From Planctomycetota bacterium (GTDB lineage: Bacteria > Planctomycetota > PLA2 > JAEUHO01), in contig CBDCTJ010000007.1 of assembly GCA_965222115.1 (NCBI GenBank), positions 1,440,001-1,504,000 on the forward strand: a stretch of DNA of 64,000 bases, given 5' to 3'. Below, piece by piece: positions 47,157 to 56,528 of the stretch. The translations under genes and the position numbers were made by a program. Every line of letters begins with the position of its first letter. The stretch's first letter is position 1. The notes beneath the pieces were generated by a model. That model did no database searches. It saw nothing but the letters and a program-made list of their open reading frames with translations, and was not told the DNA's origin.

Positions 47157-48842
47157 ATGCGAACTTTTCGCAGTTCAGAGCGCGGTGCATCCGCTTGGCC
47201 CCTGGTCATTGCGATTCTTCTTTTGCTCGCGGCCGTCTACTTGTTGTTCGACAAGACGAGTCAGTACGACGAGTTGAAAAAAGAGATCGCCACCACCCAG
47301 CAGAAGCACAAGGAAGTGCAAACCAAAGCAAGTGCCATGGCCGAGAAGTTCAAGGCCGTTTCAAAAGTTGTTGGTTTCCAGACCGACACGATTGACGTAT
47401 CCGGCCTCGGTCTGCCCGAGTCGTCGATCACCATTTCCGACGCCGCTGCCATTCAAAATGAAGTCAACCCGCAGGGCATGCGTGGCGAGGGCGAGAATGC
47501 TCAGCCCGGTCTCGCGAAAGTAATCGCCGAACGCGGGTTGTTGCGTTTCACACGCACCGCGCGTCAACACACCAGTACCGTTGGCAAAGCGGTCGAGGTC
47601 AAGGCGCCGTACGCGACGCAGGCATTTACCGACGCATTGGCCAAATTGCGCGAACTGTATAAGCCACTTGGCAATATGCCGGCGGCGCCCCACGACGACG
47701 ACGATGTTGAGGGTCGCGCGGCATACGAGGCCGAAGTGAAGGAGTACAACGACAACGTTACCGCCTACAACAATGCACTTAACGAAGTTGCTAAGATGGC
47801 TGGGTACAAGGAAGCCTCTGAGACGATCGCGGGTCCCGGTGAGTTCGGCCCGGCGGAAGAAAACGTTATCGAGGTCCGCTACTTCCCTAATGCCGTCAGT
47901 GATCAAGAATCGCTTGAGTCCATCTTGAAGAGCATCCCGGCTGGGATCGAGGGTATGCGAAGCGAGATTCAGGCGTTCGCTGAAGCCACCAATGGCAAAA
48001 TCAGTGCGCTTGAGACCGACAACAAGGCCAAAGACGAGTCGCTTGCTGCCAAACAAGCCGCGCTTGAGCAATGCCAGAAGGATCACCAGAAGACAAAGGA
48101 TGATCTGACGGCGCGGGCGTCGAAGGCCGATACCGCCGCCACGGAAGCCAACACCCGAAGCCAGGAGTTGGAAAACGAGCTGGCCAAGACGAAGCAGGAC
48201 TCGGAAGAAGCCTTGCAGTTGATTTCGTCCGAGCGCGACGCCTACAAGACGGGTCTTGCCAATGAGAAGGAACGTCGCGACCACGCGATTCGCCGCAATG
48301 TCGCCAAGGCACAGGTGCTTGCCGTTTCAAGCCTCGGCAATGCCATTATCAACATTGGTCGTCGCAACCACGCCTTCACGGGCCTCACGCTTGAGGCCAA
48401 AGCGCACAACCGCGCGGGCAACAAGGTCACAACCGGCAAGGTGGTCATCACGCAGGTGCTTGGCTCAAGTTCATCGCGCGCCCGCATCGTTTCGGGTGTC
48501 GTGCGTGAGGGCTACACGCTTCACAATCCGCTCTATGGCAAGGACGAACCTATTCGCATTGTGATTCATGGCACGCTTGAGAAGTGGCCGCTTTCGGTGC
48601 TCAAGCCTCGCCTCACGGCGCTCAATGTCGAACTCCAAGATGAAATGAATGGTAAAACCGACTACGTCATCGTGCCCAACTCGCTTTCCATGCCGAAGGT
48701 GAAAGTTGCTAGCGACGAAGACGAAGGCGAACAAGAGGAAGACCCCAAGGCCAAGCTTTGGGAGGCGATCAACAATCGTGCCCGTGGTTTCGGCGCCAAG
48801 GTGTTAACCGAGCGCCTCTTTGACGCGTTCTTGGATTTCTAA
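47157..48842 (+). CDS. Membrane-anchored coiled-coil protein with a C-terminal beta domain and a BRCT-like domain
   Basis: ggagg RBS; N-terminal TM segment; long heptad-rich region; C-terminus IVIHGTLE..LKPRLTALNVEL..KTDYVIV...ARGFGAKVLTERLF is BRCT-like. Confidence 0.75.
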   Translation: MRTFRSSERGASAWPLVIAILLLLAAVYLLFDKTSQYDELKKEIATTQQKHKEVQTKASAMAEKFKAVSKVVGFQTDTIDVSGLGLPESSITISDAAAIQNEVNPQGMRGEGENAQPGLAKVIAERGLLRFTRTARQHTSTVGKAVEVKAPYATQAFTDALAKLRELYKPLGNMPAAPHDDDDVEGRAAYEAEVKEYNDNVTAYNNALNEVAKMAGYKEASETIAGPGEFGPAEENVIEVRYFPNAVSDQESLESILKSIPAGIEGMRSEIQAFAEATNGKISALETDNKAKDESLAAKQAALEQCQKDHQKTKDDLTARASKADTAATEANTRSQELENELAKTKQDSEEALQLISSERDAYKTGLANEKERRDHAIRRNVAKAQVLAVSSLGNAIINIGRRNHAFTGLTLEAKAHNRAGNKVTTGKVVITQVLGSSSSRARIVSGVVREGYTLHNPLYGKDEPIRIVIHGTLEKWPLSVLKPRLTALNVELQDEMNGKTDYVIVPNSLSMPKVKVASDEDEGEQEEDPKAKLWEAINNRARGFGAKVLTERLFDAFLDF

Positions 48843-48890
48843 AGACGCACCTCAGATCCGAGCTCATTCCGATTTTTCGACCCCTCGCAG

Positions 48891-48938
48891 GTCGCACCCA
48901 GGAAGGCCCCACGCGGGGCCTTCTTGTCGTTTTGCGAC
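48891..48938 (+). terminator. Stem-loop, probable terminator
   Basis: caggaaggcccc-acgc-ggggccttcttg, with outer gtcgca/tgcgac pairing and a short T tract. Confidence 0.55.
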
Positions 48939-49021
48939 ACGCGTGGTTTCAAGGCGAGGTTCGCGCGAGAAGGGGCCCAACACGAGCCACCGATTCGTGC
49001 AGGCAGTGGTAGGTTTCCAGC

Positions 49022-49903
49022 ATGGCCGACGCCGAGACTCCATACGAAGACAGGGAATCAACCCTGCCGCGTATGTCCCTACCGGAGCATCTCAACGAAC
49101 TGCGTCGTCGTGTATTGATCTCCGTCCTTGCGGTCGTGACCACGGCGGTCGTCGTATTCTTCTTTCACAAGCAGCTCTCGGATTTCATCTACCAGCCGTT
49201 TTGGGAAGCATCCGCCGCTCACGGCATCATCGATGCCAAGATCATGGCGCTCAAGCCTGGCGAAGGGTTCCTGCAGACCATCAAGCTTTGCCTGCTCGTG
49301 GCACTGATGATTGCGAGCCCGATCGTCCTCTGGCAAATGTGGGGCTTTGTTGCCGCCGGGTTGTATGAGCATGAGCGCAAGGCAGTGCGCACGTATTTCC
49401 CGGTGTCCATCGGCCTCTTCGCGCTTGGCATCATCGCGGCCTATCTCCTGTTGATTCCCTTTGGACTGCGGTTCTTAATCGGCTTCGATCAACAGGTGGG
49501 CTACGAGTCCAACTACCGCGCCTCGCATTACCTGTCGCTCTGCTACACAGCCGTGTTTGGCATGGGCTTCGTGTTTCAGCTCCCCCTGATCATGCTATTC
49601 CTGCAAGCCACCGATATGGTGAAGCGCAAGACGTTCATTAAGGGTTGGCGCATTGCGGTCATGGCGTCGGCCGTGGTGGGCATGATGCTGACCGACCCGA
49701 GTCCTGCCACGCAGTTCATGATGGCCATTCCCATTGTGGGGCTCTACTTCATCGGCATCTGGGGCGGTCGATTTGTGGGCCCGGATCGCGAGACCTTTCG
49801 CTGGTACATGGCCTGGCCCGTCGTGCTCGGCGCGCTGATCTTTGCGGCCATGCTCATTTACTCCGACGAACTCAACATTTGGGTGGCCAAGGTCTTTTCG
49901 TAG
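49022..49903 (+). CDS. tatC: Twin-arginine translocase subunit TatC
   Basis: MSLPEHLNELRRR, SPIVLWQMWGFVAAGLYEHER and GFVFQLP motifs. Confidence 0.96.
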   Translation: MADAETPYEDRESTLPRMSLPEHLNELRRRVLISVLAVVTTAVVVFFFHKQLSDFIYQPFWEASAAHGIIDAKIMALKPGEGFLQTIKLCLLVALMIASPIVLWQMWGFVAAGLYEHERKAVRTYFPVSIGLFALGIIAAYLLLIPFGLRFLIGFDQQVGYESNYRASHYLSLCYTAVFGMGFVFQLPLIMLFLQATDMVKRKTFIKGWRIAVMASAVVGMMLTDPSPATQFMMAIPIVGLYFIGIWGGRFVGPDRETFRWYMAWPVVLGALIFAAMLIYSDELNIWVAKVFS

Positions 49904-49964
49904 TTCGTCATCTGGGTCGGCGTCCGGTTCGTGCGTTGCCCGCGCTCTCCGGTATTGTGCCGCG

Positions 49965-51041
49965 ATGCGTATCGCTTTCATTGGACTTCCGGGCGCCGGC
50001 AAAACAACGGTGCTCAATGCCGTGGCCGACCAACCGATGGATCAGGCGCCCGGTTCGTTTCAATCCGAGACCCACGTCCGCCGCGTGCGTGTGCTCGATC
50101 CCCGGCTCGATGCATGTCGTGATATCTTTCAGCCTAAGAAGTTTACCCAGGCGTCGCTTGAACTGCTTGATCCACCGGGCCTGCCGCCAGGCCCCACGGA
50201 GGGCGATCGCGAACGTCGTCAACGCCTGCTTTCCACGTTACGTGAATCGGATGCCTACGTGCTTGTGGTGCGCGATTTCACGTCGCCGCAATATCCGTAC
50301 GAGCGCGCTGAGGCCGACCCCAAGGCTGATCTCGCTTGGTTGCTAGAAGAACTCGTCACGGCCGACTACGTGATCGCTGAAAACCGCGCCAACAAGTTGC
50401 GCGACAATGTGCAGAAGAAAACCAAGTCCGCTGACACCGACAAATTGGAGCTGGCGGTGCTGGAGAAGTGCCTTGAACGCCTGGAGGCGGGGCGCGATCT
50501 TGCCGACATTGAACTCGGCGAGGCCGACGACAAACGCATTCGCGGCTTTCAGTTCTTCATGCGCAAGCCGCTACTTTTGTTGGTGAACGGCCCCAACGGA
50601 ATCCCCGATGGATTGGGCGAAGGCGCGCCCATCACGTTGCGCGATGTTTCCACGATGGACGCGCAGATTGATGCGGAACTTGCCGCCATGGATGCCGAGG
50701 ATCGCCCCGCGTTCATGGACGAGTTTGGCATTGAATCGCCGGCGGCTGAGCGCTTTGTGCGACAGGTCTATCAAGCCGTCGGGCTGCGCTCGTTTTTCAC
50801 CGTGGGTGAGGACGAGGTGCGCGCGTGGACCATTCATGCCGGTGACTCTGCGGTCGTCGCGGCAGGCAAGATCCATACCGACCTCGCTCGCGGATTTGTG
50901 CGTGCAGAAGTGTTTCCCCATGAAGACTTGCTGGCAGCGGGTTCCATGCGGGATCTCAAAGCCCAGGGTGGCATACGCCTTGAGCCCAAGGACTACGAAG
51001 TGAAAGACGGCGACGTCGTCCACATTCGGAGCGGCGTGTGA
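49965..51041 (+). CDS. ychF: Obg-like ATPase, YchF family (divergent)
   Basis: GLPGAGKTT, FFTVGEDEVRAWTI, AAGKIHTDLARGFVRAEV and KDYEVKDGD motifs. Confidence 0.9.
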   Translation: MRIAFIGLPGAGKTTVLNAVADQPMDQAPGSFQSETHVRRVRVLDPRLDACRDIFQPKKFTQASLELLDPPGLPPGPTEGDRERRQRLLSTLRESDAYVLVVRDFTSPQYPYERAEADPKADLAWLLEELVTADYVIAENRANKLRDNVQKKTKSADTDKLELAVLEKCLERLEAGRDLADIELGEADDKRIRGFQFFMRKPLLLLVNGPNGIPDGLGEGAPITLRDVSTMDAQIDAELAAMDAEDRPAFMDEFGIESPAAERFVRQVYQAVGLRSFFTVGEDEVRAWTIHAGDSAVVAAGKIHTDLARGFVRAEVFPHEDLLAAGSMRDLKAQGGIRLEPKDYEVKDGDVVHIRSGV

Positions 51042-52312
51042 CAGCAGCCGTTGCCAGCGTCATTCTCGTTGGCGATGAACTCCTGGCGGGTCGCGTAGCC
51101 GACGTCAACGGTCCCTTTCTGGCCCGTAGGCTGAGCGAGTGGGGTTGGCGGCTTGCGGATATACGCACGGTTAACGATGACGTAGATGCCATTGCGGGGG
51201 CGCTGCGTCACGCCGGCGGGCGCGCATCACTCGTGGTTGTTTCCGGTGGACTTGGTCCTACTCAAGACGATCGAACGCGCGAGGCGATTGCAGCGGTCGT
51301 TAGCGACGGCGTCCTTGAAACGAACAGAGACGCACGGGCATGGATAGAGGACTATTTCGGTCACAGCGGACGAGCACCTACGCCGAGGCAAGCACGACAA
51401 GCCGACGTTCCCGTGGGCGCCGAGGTCATTCGCAACTCCCTTGGCGTTGCTCCGGCGTTTCTCTGCCAAAAAAAATCGACGATGATTGTCGCGCTTCCCG
51501 GCGTACCTGCCGAACTTCGAAGCTTCTTTGGCGACCCTGCACCGCTGACAACGCGCCTCAATCGTATTCACTCGGACGGATCGATTCGATTCATGGTTGC
51601 AGGGTTGGGCGAGACCACATGTGAGTCGGTGGTTGCTTCCGTTAAGGAGGTGGCCACGTGGGAACCCTCGTTTTATCCGCAGCAAGGCGAAGTCGAAATC
51701 GTGCTGCATCACGCCACGACCGCAAGCGACGAAGAACGCACGACGACATTCGACGCGTTGCGCGCTGCCTTCGGTGACCATCTCTATGAACCCGGTGTTG
51801 GAAAGCACATCGAACACCTCATCGTGAACACGTTGGCAGATCGCGGCGAGACGGTGGCCACGGCGGAATCACTTACGGGTGGTTTGATTGCCGAAATGCT
51901 CACGCGTGTGCCGGGCGCGAGCGCCGTGTTTCCAGTGGGATGGGTGACCTATGCCACGGAACAAAAGAGCGTTCACCTGGGCGTTGCGGCCGACTTGATT
52001 GCGAATCACGGCGTGGTGTCCGAGGCCGTCGTCCGCGAGATGGCGAAAGGCGCCCGAGATCGCAGCGGCGCTACGTTTGGATTGGCCACGACCGGTGTGG
52101 CTGGACCCGACCCCGTCGTGGCGCCCGACCGTAGCAAGATCGATCCTGGGACCGCATGGATCGCGGTGGCCGGCAAGAAGGGCGTGACAACACACATGGT
52201 TCAAACCTCGGCCGGAACCGGCGAAAATCAGGAGATCGCACGCGCCATCGTGAAGCGTCGGGTTGCCGTGGCGGCGCTCAACGAACTGCGACTCGTCCTG
52301 CCTTCGAGTTGA
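51038..52312 (+). CDS. cinA: CinA family competence/damage-inducible protein (MCF domain plus PncC NMN deamidase)
   Basis: VGDELLAG, SGGLGPTQDDRT, LPGVPAE, TAESLTGG and TTGVAGP motifs. Confidence 0.93.
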   Translation: MTAAVASVILVGDELLAGRVADVNGPFLARRLSEWGWRLADIRTVNDDVDAIAGALRHAGGRASLVVVSGGLGPTQDDRTREAIAAVVSDGVLETNRDARAWIEDYFGHSGRAPTPRQARQADVPVGAEVIRNSLGVAPAFLCQKKSTMIVALPGVPAELRSFFGDPAPLTTRLNRIHSDGSIRFMVAGLGETTCESVVASVKEVATWEPSFYPQQGEVEIVLHHATTASDEERTTTFDALRAAFGDHLYEPGVGKHIEHLIVNTLADRGETVATAESLTGGLIAEMLTRVPGASAVFPVGWVTYATEQKSVHLGVAADLIANHGVVSEAVVREMAKGARDRSGATFGLATTGVAGPDPVVAPDRSKIDPGTAWIAVAGKKGVTTHMVQTSAGTGENQEIARAIVKRRVAVAALNELRLVLPSS

Positions 52313-52350
52313 TGGGCGTTCGAGTTGAAGGGCGAGCGCGCTGATGGGCA
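52303..52350 (+). repeat. 16-bp-period tandem duplication between the cinA end and the tRNA 3' end
   Basis: ttcgagttgatgggcg / ttcgagttgaagggcg / agcgcgctgatgggca. Confidence 0.7.
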
Positions 52351-52351
52351 G

Positions 52352-52427
52352 TGGTTCCCCGGGGAGGACTCGAACCTCCAACATCCAGATCCAAAATCTG
52401 ACGTGCTACCAATTGCACCACCGGGGA
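52352..52427 (-). tRNA. tRNA-Gln (anticodon TTG), CCA encoded
   Basis: Minus strand TCCCCGG TGGTGCAATTGGTAGCAC G TCAGA-TTTTGGA-TCTGG ATGTT GGAGG TTCGAGT CCTCC CCGGGGA ACCA folds as a cloverleaf. Confidence 0.97.
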
Positions 52428-52548
52428 GCGCCCGCGGATCTTACCCGCGAACGCGGCACGCGCGAACCGCGATGTCGCCGAGGTGCATTCTTCTCACCGG
52501 GCCGCCCTTCTGCCACAGTAGCGGCTCGTCTTACCCGGAGGTTCACCC

Positions 52549-52776
52549 ATGGGTCGTTTGCTCGCACTCATTTTCGGCGGCGCTGCGCTTCTGCTCTTCG
52601 TCCCACCACTCATTGGCAGCGACATCGGCACGAAGGTTCGGGAGATCTGGATCGACGTGATTGGGCTTGAGTGGTACCAGAAACTTCTCAGTTACGGGCC
52701 CGGCATTTTCGCCGGGGTGGCGCTTGTGCTATTCGCCGTTCGCGGCGGTGAAGGCATGCGGCGCGCGCGCGACTAG
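52549..52776 (+). CDS. Small two-TM membrane protein
   Basis: ggagg RBS; two hydrophobic helices. Confidence 0.7.
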   Translation: MGRLLALIFGGAALLLFVPPLIGSDIGTKVREIWIDVIGLEWYQKLLSYGPGIFAGVALVLFAVRGGEGMRRARD

Positions 52777-52821
52777 TCTCGCCACATTCCCCGTGGCAGC
52801 CCCCATTCGAGCGAGAGAACA

Positions 52822-54168
52822 ATGGCGGATCGTTCATTAGCACTGATTTGCTTGGCGGCAGGCAAGGGAACGCGCTTGGCTGTGTCCGACGACGTACCGC
52901 CCAAGGTGCTCGTCCCGTGCATGGGTGTACCTCTACTGGAACACGTGCGGCGTGCGGTGGAGCCCCTTGCGGCCGACATCACGCTGGTTCTTACGGGACA
53001 TCAACATGAGCGCGTGGAAGCGTGGCTCGGCGATGCATGGCCGGATGCGAAACCCGTGTTGCAGTCGCCCCAGCTTGGCACAGGCCATGCGGCGCGTGTG
53101 GCCATGGAAGCGATTCCCGATTTCGATGGCGACGTCCTAATTGTCTATGGCGATGTGCCGCAACTCATGAGCGCCGACCTTGAGCTACTGCGGGCCAAGA
53201 TGCGCGACCAGCGGGCGCACGCCGCGTTGCTTACGGGCACAGCCGACGATCCTGGTTCTTTGGGCCGCGTGGTTCGGCGAAACGACGGGCGCTTCATGGA
53301 GATTGTGGAAGCGAAGGATGCTGCCTCTCGCCCCGACATTCTCCGCCTGCACGAGTTCAATACCGGCATGTATTGCTTTCAAGCCGGAGCGCTTCGCCAG
53401 GCCCTCTCCAAACTCACGCGCGACAATGCGCAAGGTGAAGAGTACTTGACCGACGCCTTGGGTCACATCGCGGCCACCGGAGCCCGCGTAGCGGCAGTTC
53501 CCGCGCTCGATGCCGGTTCCCTTGTAGGTGTCAACACGCTGGAAGACTTGGCCGCGGCCCACACGGTCATGCGCCGACGTGTTGCAACCGAGCATCTTCG
53601 AAATGGCGTGATCATCATTGATCCCGACACCACGATCATTGAGACCGACGTCGAAATCGGGCGTGGCGCCACCATTCACCCGTTCACGCACATTGCACGC
53701 GGGTGCAAAGTTGCCGCGGGGGCCCAGGTGGGCCCCTTTGCACGGTTGCGCGGTAACGCTGTATTGCACGAACGCGCCGAAGTCGGCAACTTTGTCGAAG
53801 TCAAGAAGAGCGTGTTCGAGGCTGGCGCCAAAGCCAAGCACCTCACGTACGTGGGGGACGCCACCGTGGGCGCCAAGGCCAACATTGGGTGTGGCACCAT
53901 TACCGCGAACTACGACGGTAAGAACAAGCACAAGACGCACATCGGCGCGGGCGCGCACATTGGCTCGGGCACCGTATTGGTTGCACCGGTAACGGTGGGT
54001 GATGGTGCACGTACCGGCGCCAATGCAGTCATCTTGCCGGGTCGCGATGTGCCGCCGGGCACAACAGCGGTGGGCGTACCTGCGCGCACACTGCCTGTCG
54101 AAGAAGTGCCCGTCGAAGAAGTGCCGGCCAAACAAGTGTCCGCCGACGAGAACAAGGCATCGTCATAA
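52822..54168 (+). CDS. glmU: Bifunctional UDP-N-acetylglucosamine pyrophosphorylase / glucosamine-1-phosphate acetyltransferase
   Basis: LAAGKGTR, QLGTGHA, YGDVP, NAQGEEYLTD, GNFVEVK, KAKHLTYVGDA and ITANYDG motifs. Confidence 0.97.
   Translation: MADRSLALICLAAGKGTRLAVSDDVPPKVLVPCMGVPLLEHVRRAVEPLAADITLVLTGHQHERVEAWLGDAWPDAKPVLQSPQLGTGHAARVAMEAIPDFDGDVLIVYGDVPQLMSADLELLRAKMRDQRAHAALLTGTADDPGSLGRVVRRNDGRFMEIVEAKDAASRPDILRLHEFNTGMYCFQAGALRQALSKLTRDNAQGEEYLTDALGHIAATGARVAAVPALDAGSLVGVNTLEDLAAAHTVMRRRVATEHLRNGVIIIDPDTTIIETDVEIGRGATIHPFTHIARGCKVAAGAQVGPFARLRGNAVLHERAEVGNFVEVKKSVFEAGAKAKHLTYVGDATVGAKANIGCGTITANYDGKNKHKTHIGAGAHIGSGTVLVAPVTVGDGARTGANAVILPGRDVPPGTTAVGVPARTLPVEEVPVEEVPAKQVSADENKASS
54094..54138 (+). 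repeat. 15-bp tandem repeat in the glmU C-terminal tail
   Basis: cctgtcgaagaagtg / cccgtcgaagaagtg / ccggccaaacaagtg (PVEEV PVEEV PAKQV). Confidence 0.8.
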
Positions 54169-54216
54169 CGTGTATGAACATGAAACGGCAAAGCGAAGGA
54201 TCGTAGAGGGGGGCGC

Positions 54217-55176
54217 ATGGCGCAGAGCAGACTCAACTTGATTGCCGGTCGGAGCCATCCCGCGTTGGCCGAAGACATTGCCGACGAACTTAATCATCGA
54301 CTCACGCCGTCGAAGGCCGATCGCTTTCCCGACGGTGAGATCGATGTACAGATCAACGACAACGTGCGCGGTAGTGATGTGTTTCTCATTCAATCCACGT
54401 GCCCGCCCGTCAATGAGAACTTAATGGAGTTGTTGATCCTAATCGATGCGGCGCGACGGGCGTCGGCCTCGCGCATCACCGTTGTGATTCCCTACTTCGG
54501 CTACGCACGCAAAGACCGCAAGGACGAAGGTCGTGTCCCCATTACAGCCAAGCTCGTTGCCAATCTCTTGGTCACCGCGGGCGCTGACCGCGTGCTCACC
54601 GTTGATCTACACGCGGCCCAGATTCAGGGATTTTTCGATATCCCTGTGGATCACTTGTACGCGTCGCCGGTCATAACGGGCCACCTTCGCGCCTTGCGTT
54701 TGGATGGACTAACCGTCGTGGCGCCCGACGTGGGATCGTCGAAGATGGCGCGCGGCTACGCCAATCGACTCGGCGGTGACCTCGCGATCGTGGACAAGCG
54801 GCGCGTATCCGCCGAGGAAATCGAAGTCGGCGCGATCATTGGTGAAGTCAAAGGACGCAATGTCCTGCTCATCGACGACATGATTTCTACCGCGGGCTCG
54901 ATCACGGAGGCGGCGCGTGTGTGTCGCGAACATGGCGCGAACAGCGTGCGCATTGCCGCCACACACGGCGTGCTCTGCGGTCCCGCGCGCGAGAGACTCC
55001 GCAGCGCCGACGTGGACGAAGTCGTCCTGACGGACACAATCCCGGTAGACACCGCCGGATTGCCGTCGTTGCGCGTACTACGTATCGCGCCGCTCCTGGC
55101 CGAGGCCATCATGCGTGTCCACACCGAGCAGAGTCTGTCCGCCCTCTTCAATCGCCGCGATACCTCAATGTCGTAG
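54217..55176 (+). CDS. prs: Ribose-phosphate pyrophosphokinase
   Basis: FPDGE, PYFGYARKDRK, DLHAAQIQGFFD and IDDMISTAGS motifs. Confidence 0.98.
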   Translation: MAQSRLNLIAGRSHPALAEDIADELNHRLTPSKADRFPDGEIDVQINDNVRGSDVFLIQSTCPPVNENLMELLILIDAARRASASRITVVIPYFGYARKDRKDEGRVPITAKLVANLLVTAGADRVLTVDLHAAQIQGFFDIPVDHLYASPVITGHLRALRLDGLTVVAPDVGSSKMARGYANRLGGDLAIVDKRRVSAEEIEVGAIIGEVKGRNVLLIDDMISTAGSITEAARVCREHGANSVRIAATHGVLCGPARERLRSADVDEVVLTDTIPVDTAGLPSLRVLRIAPLLAEAIMRVHTEQSLSALFNRRDTSMS

Positions 55177-55319
55177 GGCGGGCGGATCGACGCCCGGCGT
55201 CAGAACTGGTCGCCGGCTCCCGGGTCGCTATGGTCGTGGGCTTGCACGCTTGTTTCGGACGCCAATTTCGGCGCCGCAGCCGCGTGGCCCCCGACGCAAC
55301 CGCATGTGGATTCAACGCT

Positions 55320-55943
55320 ATGGAATTCGTACAGATCAAAGTGGCCCGACGCGAGTCCACATCGGCCTCCGACCTCCGCAAACTTCGACTTGACGGTCAG
55401 GTGCCCGCCGTGCTCTACGGCATGAAGCGCCCCAACCTCAATATTTCGATTCCTGCGTCGGAACTTGCCAGTTTCCTCGATTCGAATAGCCACTTGATCG
55501 AGCTCAAGATGGGTGACAAGACACGTCGTGCGATTCTCCGTGAAGCGCAAGTCGATCCAGTCACCGATCAATGGCTACACGCGGATTTCTATCGCGTCTC
55601 CGATGACGTCGAGGTGGAAGACCACGTGACGATCACCACCAAGGGTCGCGCCAAGGGCGAGAACGAGGGCGGCATCGTCCAAGTCTTGATTGAAGATCTC
55701 GCGATTCGCGCCAAGCCGAAAGATCTGATGGCAGAGTTCATTGTCGATGTATCCGACATGGGACTCGGTGACGCGCTTCATGTGAAAGATCTCGATCTGC
55801 CCTCGGGCGTAACCGTGATGTCGGGTGCAGACGAGATCGTGTTGCAGGTTGTGGCGCCCAAGGTTGTTTCCGCTGTCGAAGAGACACCGGCTGAAGAGGG
55901 AGAAGCGCCCGAGGGCGAGGCCGCGCCGGAAAGCGACAGTTAG
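55320..55943 (+). CDS. rplY: 50S ribosomal protein bL25 (Ctc type)
   Basis: LRLDGQVPAVLYG, QVDPV..HADFY and the C-terminal TL5 domain; prs-rplY-pth order. Confidence 0.95.
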   Translation: MEFVQIKVARRESTSASDLRKLRLDGQVPAVLYGMKRPNLNISIPASELASFLDSNSHLIELKMGDKTRRAILREAQVDPVTDQWLHADFYRVSDDVEVEDHVTITTKGRAKGENEGGIVQVLIEDLAIRAKPKDLMAEFIVDVSDMGLGDALHVKDLDLPSGVTVMSGADEIVLQVVAPKVVSAVEETPAEEGEAPEGEAAPESDS

Positions 55944-55952
55944 CAAACGCTC

Positions 55953-56528
55953 GTGCATCGCATTCTCTTTGGCCTGGGCAATCCCGGAAAGCGCTACGAA
56001 CCCACGCGTCACAACGCCGGGTGGCACGTGCTCGATCAACTCGCCGAGCGTTTCGGTTCTGGATTCCGGGCCACACGCTTAGTACACGGCGCCATCGCCG
56101 ACATTCATCTTGGCGATACCACGGTGCGCATGATCAAGCCAAGCTCGTTTATGAATCGCGTGGGGCCGGTGTACCTGCGCGCACTCGACGTCTTCGATAT
56201 GGAGCCCAAACAGGCCCTTGTCTTGGTAGACGACTTTCAACTCGACTTTGGGCACATCCGCTTTCGCGGGTCGGGATCGGCCGGTGGACACAATGGACTC
56301 AAGTCGATTGAGAGTGTTGTAGGAAAGGACTATCCCCGCCTTCGATTGGGCGTGGGGCCCGCACCCAAGACGCAAGACTGGGCCGACTACGTCTTGAAGG
56401 GCTACGACGTCCAGCAAAAGAAGGCGCTGCCCGAGGCGCTGGATCGCTGGGCCGATGGCGCCGACGCCTGGGTGCGTCACGGGTTGGAAGAGGCCATGTC
56501 CCGGTTCAATGGGGCGGGGAAGGCATAG
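55953..56528 (+). CDS. pth: Peptidyl-tRNA hydrolase
   Basis: GLGNPG.RY..TRHNAG, KPSSFMN and GSAGGHNGLKS motifs. Confidence 0.97.
   Translation: MHRILFGLGNPGKRYEPTRHNAGWHVLDQLAERFGSGFRATRLVHGAIADIHLGDTTVRMIKPSSFMNRVGPVYLRALDVFDMEPKQALVLVDDFQLDFGHIRFRGSGSAGGHNGLKSIESVVGKDYPRLRLGVGPAPKTQDWADYVLKGYDVQQKKALPEALDRWADGADAWVRHGLEEAMSRFNGAGKA

Noticed and set aside
52303-52427. tRNA-Gln with adjacent short repeats considered as an integration site or genomic island
   Set aside because: There is no integrase and no duplicated tRNA 3' end, and the flanking genes are housekeeping.
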